Assembly (NCBI GenBank): GCA_964371355.1
Contig: CAYJMG010000004.1
Span: forward strand, 62,041 to 126,040
DNA length: 64,000 bases
Reading direction: 5' to 3'
DNA from: an uncultured Dehalococcoidia bacterium
Lineage (GTDB): Bacteria; Chloroflexota; Dehalococcoidia; DSTF01; JACRBR01
Below, piece by piece: positions 1 through 11,948 of this stretch (positions are counted from its first letter, which is position 1; each line of letters starts with the position of its first letter). A program made the translations under genes and the position numbers. Below the pieces are notes generated by a model. That model made no database searches and was not told where the DNA came from. It was given only the letters and a program-made list of their open reading frames with translations.

Positions 1-575
1 AGTGCATCCAGCAACTGGTACTGAGCAGGTGCTGAGATCGAGACGACACCCGCAACCGGTTCCGACGCGCTCACAAGGAGCGCCGCCGTCCCGCCCATGC
101 TGGCGCCGACCAGAAAGATCCGGTCCAGGCCCAGGTCGCCCTGCATGTACCGGAGCGCCGCCATCAGATCCGTGTCGACGCGATCGAACTCCTTATCGCC
201 CGTCGACGACCCATACCCACGAAAGTCAAAGGTCAGGACCGTGTAGTCGCCGGTCCCGGCGAGCCGCAGCGCAAACGGATACCACGACGTCTGATCGGCA
301 GGCCGCATATGCGAGAGGATGACGCCCGTACGTCCGGAGCCAAACACACGGCCGTCCAGGACGATCGCCACGTCTCGCCCCTCGTCCTCGGCTACCGGCG
401 TGGTGCTGTACGTCGAACTGATCGAAACCGGGCGGGACGACGCGAGAGCCGTCTCCACGACTGCCGGCGACGGCTCGGCGGCTGTCCGCTCGTCGCCGCA
501 GGCCCCTCCGGTGGCGACCAGCAGGATCAGACCGGCGGCAAGTCGGGCGCTCCGCAGGACGCGAGTTGGCCTCAC
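1..575 (-). CDS. alpha/beta hydrolase fold lipoprotein (3' end runs off the window; not in ORF track)
   Basis: Manual translation from GTG 575: MRPTRVLRSARLAAGLILLVATGGACGDE... (lipobox-like Cys), VLTFDFRGYGSS, IFLVGASMGG (GxSxG nucleophile elbow). Confidence 0.85.
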   Translation of the reverse strand, partial: MRPTRVLRSARLAAGLILLVATGGACGDERTAAEPSPAVVETALASSRPVSISSTYSTTPVAEDEGRDVAIVLDGRVFGSGRTGVILSHMRPADQTSWYPFALRLAGTGDYTVLTFDFRGYGSSTGDKEFDRVDTDLMAALRYMQGDLGLDRIFLVGASMGGTAALLVSASEPVAGVVSISAPAQYQLLDA

Positions 576-576
576 T

Positions 577-1830
<1,254 letters not shown>

Positions 1831-1930
1831 CGGCCGCAGCTCCTTACCGTCTCGCGGCACGCGTGGCGCCATCGGGCATGCATCGTTGTACGGCAAAGGC
1901 GGAGGGGATGCAACGGATGACGCGTACGGC

Positions 1931-3220
1931 TTAGTCGAGGGGGTTGAGCACCAGGCCCGTGGGCAGTTTTGGATGGAAGAACGTCGACTTCTGAGGCATG
2001 CGACCACCGGCGTCCGAAACCGCGATGATCTGCTCGACTGGCGTGGCAGCAAGGAGAAAGCCGCAGGACGCGTCCCCCGCCTCGATGGCGCGCACCGCGT
2101 CATCGGCGCTCTGCGTGTAGGAGACCGCGCGGCCTGCGGCCAGACCGGCGTCGTCGATGCCGAAGATTTGGTCTAGCACTGTGAACTGCAACACATTTAC
2201 GTCCAACCGCTTCCAGGCTGTGGATTCCATCGCCGGCATGAGTCGCTCCACGCTCGCTCGATCCCGCAGCCGCAGCAGGTGCGCGCGATCCCGCTCGAGG
2301 CCCAGCGCGACAAACGACGTATCGCCGCCTATCGACGCCTCGCGCAGCGCGCGTTCATGTGAAGCGGCTCCGTCGTCCGCCCGCACCTCGAGGACCTCGA
2401 ACCAGTTGCGGAGTCTTGAGAGCGCGTCTCCGGGAACGGCCCGGTGCAACAGTCTGTGAGTCGGCAGCACAAGGAGACCGGGATCAGCGGCGTCGGTCAT
2501 GGCCATCAACACGAAATTCTCCGGCTCGTCTCCGGTCCACGCGGATCGCCCCGCACGGCACTCGTCCCGAAACGCGAGCGCCGTCTCGTAGCGATGATGT
2601 CCGTCGGCGATGTAGAAGTCCGCCGACGCGAACCGCGTCCGCAGACTATCGATAGCCGACGCATCCGTGATCGCCGACAGCACGTGCCGCTGGCCGTCTG
2701 CTGAGAGGTCATAGAGGGGCAAGGCCCCGGATCCCTCAGAGCCCTGATGCCGATCCCTGTACAGGCAGTAGACCGGACTGATCTGTGTCCGGGTGGATCG
2801 CAGCAACGAAAGGCGGTCAGCCTTCGGGCCCGACAGTGTCCGTTCGTGCGGACGTATCACTCCCTTTGCCCACTCTTCGAGTCGCACCACCGCGAGGTAA
2901 TGGGAGCGCTCGTACGTCCTCGACGCCCAGTCGAAGGTCAGGCGGTAGTGATAGACAGCGGGAACCGCATCGCGGATCAACACACCGCTGCCTTGCCAGG
3001 CTCGCAGCTCGGCGTTAGCGCGCGTGTACCGGTTCGACGAGGGGTCGTCGCCCACGAGTTCGCGCCCGTACTCCACCCGCACGACGTTGTACGGGCTTCT
3101 GTTGTAGAGCTCGTCTTGCTGAAACGCCGAGATCACGTCGTATGGAGGCGCGATCGCCGCGGCTGGATCGACGTGCGCGGGATCGTAGCGCAGGGCGCGG
3201 AGCGGTCGCACATCGGCCAT
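1931..3220 (-). CDS. DUF1015 family protein
   Basis: APPYDVIS, IRPHERT, YIADGHHRYETA, MPQKSTFFHPKLPTGLV; TATACT 6 nt before the ATG. Confidence 0.9.
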   Translation of the reverse strand: MADVRPLRALRYDPAHVDPAAAIAPPYDVISAFQQDELYNRSPYNVVRVEYGRELVGDDPSSNRYTRANAELRAWQGSGVLIRDAVPAVYHYRLTFDWASRTYERSHYLAVVRLEEWAKGVIRPHERTLSGPKADRLSLLRSTRTQISPVYCLYRDRHQGSEGSGALPLYDLSADGQRHVLSAITDASAIDSLRTRFASADFYIADGHHRYETALAFRDECRAGRSAWTGDEPENFVLMAMTDAADPGLLVLPTHRLLHRAVPGDALSRLRNWFEVLEVRADDGAASHERALREASIGGDTSFVALGLERDRAHLLRLRDRASVERLMPAMESTAWKRLDVNVLQFTVLDQIFGIDDAGLAAGRAVSYTQSADDAVRAIEAGDASCGFLLAATPVEQIIAVSDAGGRMPQKSTFFHPKLPTGLVLNPLD

Positions 3221-3302
3221 GCCCGGAGTATAGGCTCGGTTCGCCCCCGACAGTAGCGGCGTCTCTGTCGCCACCGTGGCCACGCGCCTATAGTGTGTGC
3301 CG

Positions 3303-3629
3303 ATGGCCTACTGTGTCTTTTGTGAGATCATCGCCCACCGCGAACCGGCCCGCATCGAATACGAAGATGACGAGGTCATCGTCTTTCACAATGTGCTGCA
3401 CTGGGTGCCCGTCATGCTGCTGGCAGTGCCCAAGCGGCACATGCTCCAGTACGAGCTCTGGACCTCGGGAGAGATCGTCAGCGTTGCGAAGGCGGCCGCC
3501 GCCGCTGGGGCCAGAGTGTGCCCGCGCGGCTTTCGGGTCCTGAGCAACTTCGGTCCCGACGCCATGCAGAGCCAGCCACACGCGCATGTCCACGTGATCG
3601 GCGGCACGTTCCTGGGCGAATACGCGTGA
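3303..3629 (+). CDS. HIT (histidine triad) family protein
   Basis: CVFCEII N-terminus, QSQPHAHVHVIGG triad. Confidence 0.9.
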   Translation: MAYCVFCEIIAHREPARIEYEDDEVIVFHNVLHWVPVMLLAVPKRHMLQYELWTSGEIVSVAKAAAAAGARVCPRGFRVLSNFGPDAMQSQPHAHVHVIGGTFLGEYA

Positions 3630-3632
3630 CCG

Positions 3633-4367
3633 CTACAGCTCGATGCCCAAGCCCGCAAGCGCGCTGCGCTGGATCTCGTTGAGCTGGCGGATCCCGGCGG
3701 CGCCGACATCGACGAGTTGGTCCATCATCGTCCGGTCGAAGGCCTTGCCTTCAGCCGTTCCCTGCACTTCAACGAAGCGCCCGTCGTCCGTCATCACGAG
3801 GTTGAAGTCGACCTCGGCTGAGGAGTCCTCCGGGTAGTCCAGATCGAGCACGGCCAGCCCATCGACCACGCCGACGCTGACGGCGCCGACCAGCCCCGAC
3901 ATCGGGACACTACCGACAATACCGTCGGAGACGAGGCGGTTGAGGGCCTGCGCCAGCGCCACGCAGGATCCTGTGATCGATGCCGTGCGGGTGCCGCCGT
4001 CCGCCTTCAGGACATCGCAATCGACTGTGAAGTTGCGCTCGCCGAGCAGTTCCAGATTGGTCACGCTACGAAGAGCCCGTCCGATGAGGCGCTGGATCTC
4101 CATCGACCGCCCACTCTGCCTGCCACGCGCGGCCTCGCGTTCCGTGCGGGTGTTGGTCGACCTCGGCAGCATGCCGTACTCAGCCGTCACCCAGCCGCTG
4201 CCACTACCGCGAAGGAACTGCGGGACGCGATCCTCCATGCTGACGGCGCAGAGGACCCATGTGGTCCCGAACTTCACCAGCGCGGACCCTTCGGCGTTCT
4301 CGAGAAAGCCGGTCTCGATGCTCACGGGCCGAAGCTCGTCGTTGCGCCGTCCATCGTGCCTCGCCAT
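3633..4367 (-). CDS. rph: ribonuclease PH
   Basis: [51 protein letters not shown]. Confidence 0.97.
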   Translation of the reverse strand: MARHDGRRNDELRPVSIETGFLENAEGSALVKFGTTWVLCAVSMEDRVPQFLRGSGSGWVTAEYGMLPRSTNTRTEREAARGRQSGRSMEIQRLIGRALRSVTNLELLGERNFTVDCDVLKADGGTRTASITGSCVALAQALNRLVSDGIVGSVPMSGLVGAVSVGVVDGLAVLDLDYPEDSSAEVDFNLVMTDDGRFVEVQGTAEGKAFDRTMMDQLVDVGAAGIRQLNEIQRSALAGLGIEL

Positions 4368-4408
4368 CCGCACCTCCGGCCCCAGCGTAGCGGCAACGGG
4401 ACGGTGCG

Positions 4409-6787
4409 TCACTCACGAGCTGTCGAGACCCACAACCTCGTGCCGTCGGTCTCGAGATGCACGGCACCGGATTCGGCCGTCGTCAGCACGGCACCCCACG
4501 GGCCGAGGCGCTTCACGACGTCCGGGTGGGGGTGGCCAAACTGGTTGTCTTTGCCCGCGGAAATCACAGAGACGGCGGGCTGCACCGCCTCGAGGAAGGC
4601 CAGCGAACTCGATGTCTTGCTGCCGTGATGCGGCACCTTCAAGACGGTCGAACGCAGGTCGCCGCCCGTGGAGATGAGCGCGGCTTCCGCTTCGGCCTCG
4701 ATGTCGCCGGTGAACAGAAAGCTGACTTCCCCCACCACAAGGCGAACCACGAGCGACACGTTGTTGACGTTCGACGACGAGTAGCCCGCCTCTGGCCCGA
4801 GTACATCTAGCCGAATGCCATCGCCGAGATCGAAGGACGCGCCGGCGACCGCACGTTCCGGCCCGATGCCTTCCGCACTCAACGCGTTCTGCCATGCCTC
4901 GAATCCGAGGCTGTCGGACGCTCCGGTCCCGACGATCGCACGCTCGACGCTGTATCGGTCGAACACGTCGAGCATGCCCGTCACATGATCGGCCTGCGGA
5001 TGCGTCAGGACCATCAGCTCGATGGAGCGATCGTACCAGGGCAGCTCCTCGCCGAGTCCTCGCAACACCGCGCCCCCGGGACCGCCGTCGATCAGGATGT
5101 CGTGGCCCGAGGGCGTCTCGATCAGGATCGCGTCGCCCTGGCCGACATCCAGCACGGTCACTTCGACGAGCCGCGGCCCCGACGGCTGAAGCGCGAACGC
5201 GGCGGAGGCAACGAGGGCCGCAACGGGGAGCGCGACGGACGCGAACGGTATGGCCCGGCGCCAGTCCGTGAACTCGGTGAGGCGCTGGACGGACGTTCCC
5301 CTGAATCGACGCAGGATCGCAGCAGCGGCAAGCGTCAGCACGGCGTACGTGAGCGCCGTCCACGCCGGAGAGATGCCGTCAACGGTGACCGACGCGAACG
5401 ACGGTGCCGAGAGGTGTCTTACCACCATCATCCAGTACGCCAGCAGGTAGTACGCGGGGGTTGCGAGCGCGAGATGGAGGCCGGGAACGAGTCCACCAGC
5501 GGCGGCCAAGGCGGACGCCGCGAGGATGTACGGGAAGACGGGGACGATCAACAGGTTCGCCGGGACGGCCACAAGCGACACGCGCCCGAAGTTGAGCGCG
5601 ATGAGCGGTTGGGTGGCAACGATGGCCGCGACGGTGGTGGACAGCGGCAGGGCGAACACCGTGCTGACGATGCCGGGAAGGCGATCGCGACGCAGGGCCG
5701 CGGCGATCGCCGCCAGCATCCAGTCGTGGATAGGTGGCGCCAGGGCGATGATGCCGGCGGTCGCGGCGAAGCTGAGCTGGAACGACACGTCCCGGACCGC
5801 CCGCGGATGAAGGCCGAGCATCAGCGCCGCCGCAAACGCGATCGAGACGAAGCCGTTCGTGCGGCGGCCGGTGGCCTGGGCCAGCACGAGCAGCAGCCCC
5901 ATGACGGTGCCGCGAAGGACCGGAGCCGAGGCACCCACCAGCATCATGTACGCCAGTACGACGCCGGCCGAGAGCAGCAGCGCGCGGCGGCGGCCGGCGA
6001 TGCGCGAGAGCAGGCCCGTCGCGAACGCGGCAACCAGCACGACGTTCGCGCCCGAAACCACGACGAGATGTGACGTGTTGGTGGCGTTGAGTTCGTCATT
6101 GAGATCCGCCGGGAGAGCGGAGCGTTGACCGAGGAGCACGCCTCGCGCGAGCGATGCGTGGGGCTCGGGGAGGGCGAGGTTCAAGGCATGGGTCAGGCGC
6201 CGCCTCGTGTCCAGCATGGCTTCCTGTGACCAGTTCCCGCCTTCATGCCCGATGACACGAACGCGGGGGAAGGCTAGCTCGCTGTGAATGCCGCGCTGCG
6301 CGAGGTAGTCGGCGTAATCGAATCCTGCGTCACTCGCGGGGAGCTCGATCGGGCCCTCAAGTTCGATGACGTCGCCCGACTCCAGCCGCGGCAGTAGCAT
6401 CGTCGTGACGCGAACGCCCCCAGAAGCACGATGCCATGCGCCGGCGCGCTGGAGTTCGCGGACGCTAACCGCGAGGCGTTGTGTCGCGTCGCCGACATCG
6501 GGATCGGCGCGGACGACGCCACGGATGCGGACCTCGGGACCGCCAGCCAGGCGCGCGACGTCATCACCGGCGATCGCCGTCTCGGCCATCGTGAACCGCA
6601 GGAGCCCGGCCGCGAAGACAGCGGGAAGGACGGCCGCGTACGCCACGACGCGGATGTCGCGCCTGAGCAGCGCCAGCGTGAGGACGAGCGCGCACAGGGC
6701 GAGGACGAGCGGCCATGCACTCGTGCCGAGCATCGCCGCTGCGACGACGCCAGCGATCCAGGCGGCTGCGGTCCAGGCGAGCGCCAT
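4409..6787 (-). CDS. comEC: ComEC/Rec2 DNA uptake channel with C-terminal metallo-beta-lactamase domain
   Basis: [53 protein letters not shown]. Confidence 0.93.
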   Translation of the reverse strand: MALAWTAAAWIAGVVAAAMLGTSAWPLVLALCALVLTLALLRRDIRVVAYAAVLPAVFAAGLLRFTMAETAIAGDDVARLAGGPEVRIRGVVRADPDVGDATQRLAVSVRELQRAGAWHRASGGVRVTTMLLPRLESGDVIELEGPIELPASDAGFDYADYLAQRGIHSELAFPRVRVIGHEGGNWSQEAMLDTRRRLTHALNLALPEPHASLARGVLLGQRSALPADLNDELNATNTSHLVVVSGANVVLVAAFATGLLSRIAGRRRALLLSAGVVLAYMMLVGASAPVLRGTVMGLLLVLAQATGRRTNGFVSIAFAAALMLGLHPRAVRDVSFQLSFAATAGIIALAPPIHDWMLAAIAAALRRDRLPGIVSTVFALPLSTTVAAIVATQPLIALNFGRVSLVAVPANLLIVPVFPYILAASALAAAGGLVPGLHLALATPAYYLLAYWMMVVRHLSAPSFASVTVDGISPAWTALTYAVLTLAAAAILRRFRGTSVQRLTEFTDWRRAIPFASVALPVAALVASAAFALQPSGPRLVEVTVLDVGQGDAILIETPSGHDILIDGGPGGAVLRGLGEELPWYDRSIELMVLTHPQADHVTGMLDVFDRYSVERAIVGTGASDSLGFEAWQNALSAEGIGPERAVAGASFDLGDGIRLDVLGPEAGYSSSNVNNVSLVVRLVVGEVSFLFTGDIEAEAEAALISTGGDLRSTVLKVPHHGSKTSSSLAFLEAVQPAVSVISAGKDNQFGHPHPDVVKRLGPWGAVLTTAESGAVHLETDGTRLWVSTARE

Positions 6788-6903
6788 CGGATTCCTGTCC
6801 GGTTGAGGCGAGCGCGCCGTTCGAGCGGATGGAAGCAATCCTACTATGTAGCGCCGCAGTGCCGGAATAGTCCCGGCGCAGGGACGACCGAGGCTGCCGC
6901 CCG

Positions 6904-7794
6904 CTAGACCGGCGGCTCGATCTCGATCGAGTCGTCGTTCACGCGCGAGAGGCGCAGCGTCAGCCTCACTTCGATGACCTGGTCCGGATCGACGCCCAGA
7001 CCGGTGTCACCGAGTGCCGCCGCCAGCGCGGTCGCGGTCAGGTCGGCGCGGAGGATGATGTCCTCCTCCTTGTCTACCCACACGAGCATCGTGAAGCCTT
7101 CGACGTCCTCAAGGTCATTTGAGTCCAGGAAGTCCTCGCCGAGAAGACCAGCGATGGTCTCGATGTCGTCCAGGCTGAAGGAGAACTTTCGTGCCTCGCG
7201 CCCATCGACCTCGTCGTCCTCGCTGTCGAGCACGTCGATGTCCTCGATGAACTCGGAGTCGGCGATGAACTCCGGATCGGCCGAGGTCAGATCGGTGTTC
7301 AGCGTGTCCGGGTCGACTTCATCCCAATCACCTTCGCCTTCGCGCTGCCACGCGCGATCGCCGATGATGATGGCGTCCTCGCTTCCCGAGAGCCCGCCGA
7401 AGGCGAACTGCTGGCTGTAGCTGTGCGAATTCGGGGCGACGAAGTCTCCCTCGATCGAGCCGCCGATGCCCTCGGTCTCGCCGACGACGTTGAACGAGAT
7501 CTCAACCGCGTAGTGGAAGCTGGCCAGATCGAAGACAGACGGCGCGGTAGTCGGCCTTGCAGATACGGTTGCCTTCGCTGCGGGCGTCTTCGTCTTCACC
7601 GCGGCGCGTTTCGTCGGCGACGCAGCTTTTTCGGGCGTCTCGTCGTCGTTGGCGGCCGCCGTGCGAGTCGGCTTCGCTTCGCCGTCGTCGTCCTTCTTGC
7701 TGCCACCACCGCCGCAGGCAGCGGCGAGCGCGGGCACGAAGACCGCTAACGTGAGCAGGACAAGCAGGCGGGTCCAGGTCTTCATCTTCATCAA
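6904..7794 (-). CDS. lipoprotein, LolA/LppX-like fold, acidic
   Basis: Signal peptide with LAAAC lipobox, low-complexity linker, beta-rich acidic domain ending RVNDDSIEIEPPV. Confidence 0.6.
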   Translation of the reverse strand: MMKMKTWTRLLVLLTLAVFVPALAAACGGGGSKKDDDGEAKPTRTAAANDDETPEKAASPTKRAAVKTKTPAAKATVSARPTTAPSVFDLASFHYAVEISFNVVGETEGIGGSIEGDFVAPNSHSYSQQFAFGGLSGSEDAIIIGDRAWQREGEGDWDEVDPDTLNTDLTSADPEFIADSEFIEDIDVLDSEDDEVDGREARKFSFSLDDIETIAGLLGEDFLDSNDLEDVEGFTMLVWVDKEEDIILRADLTATALAAALGDTGLGVDPDQVIEVRLTLRLSRVNDDSIEIEPPV

Positions 7795-7977
7795 TCGAGG
7801 TCTCCTCTTTACTTAGGCGGGCTCGTCCATTATCGACAGTAGGACGACGCGGGCTATCGGCGCGACCATGGAACAACGCGAAGTCAGGCGTCCTCCGTAG
7901 GGGCTGTCCCGCAGATTGGCCCCAGAATCCGCGTTCCCGTACGATGTCGGCGCTTTCAGGGAACCCGAGGTGCATGT

Positions 7978-8670
7978 ATGTCCAACGCGATCATCGACGC
8001 GGCCCGCAGCGAAGGCCGCACACTGCTGAACGAGATCGAAGCCAAGCAGCTGCTGGAGCAGGCAGGCGTGCCCGTATCGCCGGCGCGGCTGGCGAAGACT
8101 AAAGGCGACGCGGTCAAGATGGCGAACGAGCTGGGGTACCCGATCGTGCTCAAGATCGTCTCGCCGCAGATAACGCACAAGTCCGACGTGGGGGGCGTGG
8201 CGCTGGGGCTGTCGTCGGCCGCAGAAGTGGGTGAGGCCTTCGAGCGCGTGGTGGCGAATGCGAAGAAGGCGGCGCCCAGCGCGACCATCGAGGGCGTTGC
8301 GGTGCAACGAATGGAGAAGCAGGGCACCGAGGTGATCGTCGGCATGACGAAGGACCCGCAGTTCGGGCCGGTGCTGATGTTCGGGTTGGGCGGGATCATG
8401 GTCGAGATCCTGAAGGACGTCGCGTTCCGCGTGGTGCCCATCAACGAGCGCGACGCGCGGCAGATGATCCACGAGATCAAGGGATATCCGGTGTTGGAGG
8501 GCTTTCGCGGTCACGCCCGGGCGGACGTCGCGAAGCTGGAGGGGCTGATGCTGAAGGTGTCGGCCTTCGTGGAGCAGCATCCGGAGATCGCGGAGTTGGA
8601 CCTGAACCCGGTGTTCGCGTACGAGGACGGCGTGCTCGCCGTGGACGCGCGGGTCGTGCTGGATGAGTAG
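7978..8670 (+). CDS. ADP-forming acyl/acetyl-CoA synthetase, beta (ATP-grasp) subunit
   Basis: GYPIVLKIVSPQITHKSDVGGV, FGPVLMFGLGG, ELDLNPV. Confidence 0.92.
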   Translation: MSNAIIDAARSEGRTLLNEIEAKQLLEQAGVPVSPARLAKTKGDAVKMANELGYPIVLKIVSPQITHKSDVGGVALGLSSAAEVGEAFERVVANAKKAAPSATIEGVAVQRMEKQGTEVIVGMTKDPQFGPVLMFGLGGIMVEILKDVAFRVVPINERDARQMIHEIKGYPVLEGFRGHARADVAKLEGLMLKVSAFVEQHPEIAELDLNPVFAYEDGVLAVDARVVLDE

Positions 8671-8724
8671 TTGGTAGTCCGTACTTCGTAGCCGACTCAT
8701 GACGCCTGCGTACAGGGTGGCGAC

Positions 8725-10161
8725 ATGCCCTACGACCTGAAACGAGCGCTGAATCCAACGACGGTGGTGGTCGTCGGCTCGAAGAAGGCCGACGGGTACA
8801 TGTGGTTGCGCAACTACGCGCCGTTCGCCGAGCAGGACGGGCACAACCTCTACTCGGTGCAGATCGACCCGAATGAGATCCCCGGCATCGACGCGATGGG
8901 CGTGACGAACTTCACGTCGCTGGCCGAGGTGCCGGGCGAGGTCGACTACGTGATGCTGGCGGTGCCACGGCAGGTGGCGGCGCGCGTGATGACCGACTGC
9001 GCGAGGAAGCGAGTCTGTGGCGCCGCGCTGTTCACGTCGGGGTTCGCGGAGACGGGCGAGCCGGACGCCATCGCCATGCAGGATCAACTGCTGCAGATCG
9101 CGCGCGAGGGCAACATCGCGCTCATCGGGCCGAACTGCATGGGCCTGTACAACCGGCGGCTGGGGATCCGGCAGAGCGCCGACCAGGGCGCGGGCGAGGC
9201 GGGCGAGGTCGGGTTCATCGGGCAGAGCGGCACACACTCGATCAACTTCGGGCTCGTCGGCGAGCAGCACGGCGTGCGTGTGAGCACGTCGGTCAGCATC
9301 GGCAACGCGATCATCCTCGACGTGCCGGACTATCTCGACTACCTGGCCGACGATCCGGAGACCAGGGTCATCGCCATGTACATCGAGGGCGTGAAGGACG
9401 GGCCGCGCTTCGTGCGCTCGCTGCGCCGGGCGGCATCGATGAAGCCCGTCGTCGTGTGGAAGGGCGGCGTGACCGACGCGGGTGCACGGGCGACGGCCTC
9501 GCACACGGGCTCGCTGGCGACGTCGCAATCGGTGTTCCGGGCGATCCTCGAGCAGGCGGGGGCGATCGAAGCTCACAGCCTGGAGGACACGATCGACGTC
9601 GTGAAGGCGCTTCTGCACGCCAAGCCCGCGACGGGACGGCGCATGGGGCTGATGGCGATGACGGGCGGGCAATCGGTGGTGATCACCGACGCCTTCGTGG
9701 GCGCGGGGCTGGAAGTGCCTCGATTGTCTGATAGTTCTTACGAGGAGCTGAAGTCGTTCTTCAACATCGTGGGCGGCAGCTATCAGAACCCGCTGGACAT
9801 GGGCGGCACGATCGGCTTCGGCGGGTCGGCGGGGACGCTGCAGCGGCTGTTCGAGATCCTGGAGCGCGACGAGCGCGTGGACGGGATCGCGATGGAGATG
9901 GCGTCGGGGTTCCTGGCGCGGATGTGGCAGGCGAACCCGGCGAGCCTCGACGGGCTGCTGGACACGCTGTCGGCGCACGCGGAAAAGTCGGCGAAGCCGT
10001 TCGCGGTGGTGCTGCAACCGCAGCACGTCGAGGAGGCGGTACGGCAGGCGCGGCTGCGGGTGCAGGAGCGCGGGATCGCGGTGTTCGCGTCGTTCGAGCG
10101 AGCGGCGGGGGCGCTGTCGCGGGCGATCGACTATCACCGGTTCCGGGCGGGGCTCGATTAG
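8725..10161 (+). CDS. ADP-forming acyl/acetyl-CoA synthetase, alpha (CoA-binding) subunit
   Basis: FTSGFAETG, IGPNCMG, QSG, ATASHTGSLA (phospho-His), NPLD. Confidence 0.9.
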   Translation: MPYDLKRALNPTTVVVVGSKKADGYMWLRNYAPFAEQDGHNLYSVQIDPNEIPGIDAMGVTNFTSLAEVPGEVDYVMLAVPRQVAARVMTDCARKRVCGAALFTSGFAETGEPDAIAMQDQLLQIAREGNIALIGPNCMGLYNRRLGIRQSADQGAGEAGEVGFIGQSGTHSINFGLVGEQHGVRVSTSVSIGNAIILDVPDYLDYLADDPETRVIAMYIEGVKDGPRFVRSLRRAASMKPVVVWKGGVTDAGARATASHTGSLATSQSVFRAILEQAGAIEAHSLEDTIDVVKALLHAKPATGRRMGLMAMTGGQSVVITDAFVGAGLEVPRLSDSSYEELKSFFNIVGGSYQNPLDMGGTIGFGGSAGTLQRLFEILERDERVDGIAMEMASGFLARMWQANPASLDGLLDTLSAHAEKSAKPFAVVLQPQHVEEAVRQARLRVQERGIAVFASFERAAGALSRAIDYHRFRAGLD

Positions 10162-10263
10162 TTCACAGTGGACAGTTTACGGTTCACGGTCGGGCCACTA
10201 ACGCGTCCTAGCTTCAATTACTCAGCAGTTTCTTCTCTTCGTGGCGCGGGTTGCGGCGGAGTT

Positions 10264-10400
10264 CCAGATTTCTATTGCTCGGCACTTTTCGGTGTTTGGC
10301 GTGGCGCCTGGGGGCGGACCAGATTTCTATTGCTCGGCACTTTTCGGTGTTTGGCGCGCCGACCGGGGGCCGACCAGATTCTATTGCTCGGCACTTTGGG
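10264..10400. repeat. 55-bp-period tandem repeat, about 2.5 copies, core CCAGATTTCTATTGCTCGGCACTTTTCGGTGTTTGGCG
   Basis: Units start at 10264, 10319 and 10374; the first two 38-bp cores are identical and the third is degenerate. Confidence 0.9.
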
Positions 10401-10668
10401 TTGCTCGTTCGGGACGAGTGTTTGACGGTGCCCGGTCTTCCGGGTCGTCGTCCGCGTGTTTGGTTGAATTGATTGAACCGTGCACCGGAACAATCAAATG
10501 ACTGCTGGGCGCCGGGAGCACGACGGTGGCTGTGGTGTTCGTCATGGCGGCGCAATCATGCGCCCTGCGTGGCGTGAAGTCCAAGCGTGGCGGATCACAT
10601 TGGGCGAAGTTCTATATGGAGTGGGCTAGGCCATAGGCCGCGGCTCGCCCCAGCAGCAAGGCGCTTCT

Positions 10669-10914
10669 TCAGCCCGGCCGGGAAACGAGACGTCGCCGCT
10701 GGGTAAGCCACAATGCCATGGCCGAGAGGACGGGAAAGAGCAGCCACAGTGCCGCACTGATCAAAAGTGGCCATCCGTTTGCAGAGTCCTCGACGCAATA
10801 GGGATCGCCGGGGCGGCAATCCGAACCGACCGCTACCGCCAACGAGGCGATGCCCATTCCTGTCACGACAAGCCTGGCAATGAACGCTATGGCTGCGATA
10901 TCCCACCTGTTCAC
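10669..10914 (-). CDS. small two-TM hypothetical protein
   Basis: GTG 10914 start; two hydrophobic stretches flanking a CRPGDPYC loop; atypical composition. Confidence 0.4.
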   Translation of the reverse strand: MNRWDIAAIAFIARLVVTGMGIASLAVAVGSDCRPGDPYCVEDSANGWPLLISAALWLLFPVLSAMALWLTQRRRLVSRPG

Positions 10915-10964
10915 ACATGCCCAGCCGAGGCCGGATACAAAGATCCCTACGCACAAGGGGAGCG

Positions 10965-11006
10965 CGCGGGACGCGGGACGCGGGATGCGGGACGCGGGAC
11001 GCGGGA
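10965..11006 (+). repeat. heptamer tandem repeat (GCGGGAC)n
   Basis: gcgggac gcgggac gcgggat gcgggac gcgggac gcgggaa upstream of the HIT gene. Confidence 0.85.
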
Positions 11007-11021
11007 ATAGCGGGTACTGCA

Positions 11022-11363
11022 TTGGACGGGTGTTTGTTTTGCCGGATGGGCTCGGGGGAGATGGACGTGCCGAAGGTGCACGAGGATGATGTGGTGTTCG
11101 CGATCCGGGACATCAATCCGCGGGCGCCGGTGCACCTGTTGGTGATCCCGAAGGAGCACATCGAGGACGGCCGTGTGGTGGAGGACGGGCACGGCGCGGT
11201 GCTGGGGCGGATGTTCGCGGTGTCGGCGCGGCTGGCGGAGGCGGAGGGGCTGTCGAAGCGGGGGTACCGGCTGGCGTTCAATGTTGGCGAGGACGCGGGG
11301 ATGACGATCCCGCACCTGCACATGCATGTGCTGGGAGGACGGGCGCTGGGAGCTGAGGGATAG
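11022..11363 (+). CDS. histidine triad nucleotide-binding protein (HinT-like)
   Basis: TTG start; CLFC, DINPRAPVHLLVIPKEHI, HLHMHVLGG. Confidence 0.92.
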   Translation: MDGCLFCRMGSGEMDVPKVHEDDVVFAIRDINPRAPVHLLVIPKEHIEDGRVVEDGHGAVLGRMFAVSARLAEAEGLSKRGYRLAFNVGEDAGMTIPHLHMHVLGGRALGAEG

Positions 11364-11390
11364 GTCTGAGGTTATAGGGGTTGTGTCGCC

Positions 11391-11768
11391 CTACGTTGAA
11401 GCGGCTGGCTGCATAACGAGGAATAGTCCACCGCTTGGGTCACTCAAGAGGCAGACACGGCCAATCCCCGGGATGTCATCTGGCCCCGCGATGACGGCGC
11501 CACCAAGTTCCTTCGTTTGCTGAGCCGTCGCGGCTGCGTCGACCACTTCGATGTACGGATACCAACTCGAACCACGATCCTTGGTGAGATCGGTACCCGG
11601 GTTCATCATACCAGCGACATCCTGCCCGTCCTGCTTGAACAGCGTGTAGATTCCGAGGGGCCCGGCGTCAGCTACTGTTTGTTCCCAGCCAAAGAGTTCG
11701 CTATAGAACTTGCCGCAGGTTTGCTGATCGCCTGTCACCAACTCATTCCAAATGATCGTGCCGACCAT
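11391..11768 (-). CDS. VOC/glyoxalase family protein
   Basis: IIWNELVT, FYSELFGW, GGAVIAGPDDIPGIGR, DPSGG. Confidence 0.88.
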   Translation of the reverse strand: MVGTIIWNELVTGDQQTCGKFYSELFGWEQTVADAGPLGIYTLFKQDGQDVAGMMNPGTDLTKDRGSSWYPYIEVVDAAATAQQTKELGGAVIAGPDDIPGIGRVCLLSDPSGGLFLVMQPAAST

Positions 11769-11948
11769 ACGTCTACCTCCCGCGCGCATCATAGATGTGC
11801 CGAAGTCCGCTCACGTCTGCTGAATGGCCTCAAAGCTCCACCAATCGGCCCGGACCTCGCCGTTGGCCTCACCGCAGGCCGGTCGACCCCGCGAGGTGCG
11901 CGGAATAGGTCCCATCGCAACGTGGTTGTCTCGTGGCACACTGTCGGT

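Noticed and set aside
10264-10400. Possible mini CRISPR array
   Set aside because: Spacers are only 17 bp and resemble each other (both contain GGGGGC), and there are no cas genes in the window; treated as a tandem repeat
10168-10584. Short ORFs overlapping the 55-bp repeat
   Set aside because: Translations merely mirror the DNA repeat in several frames; no RBS or coding bias
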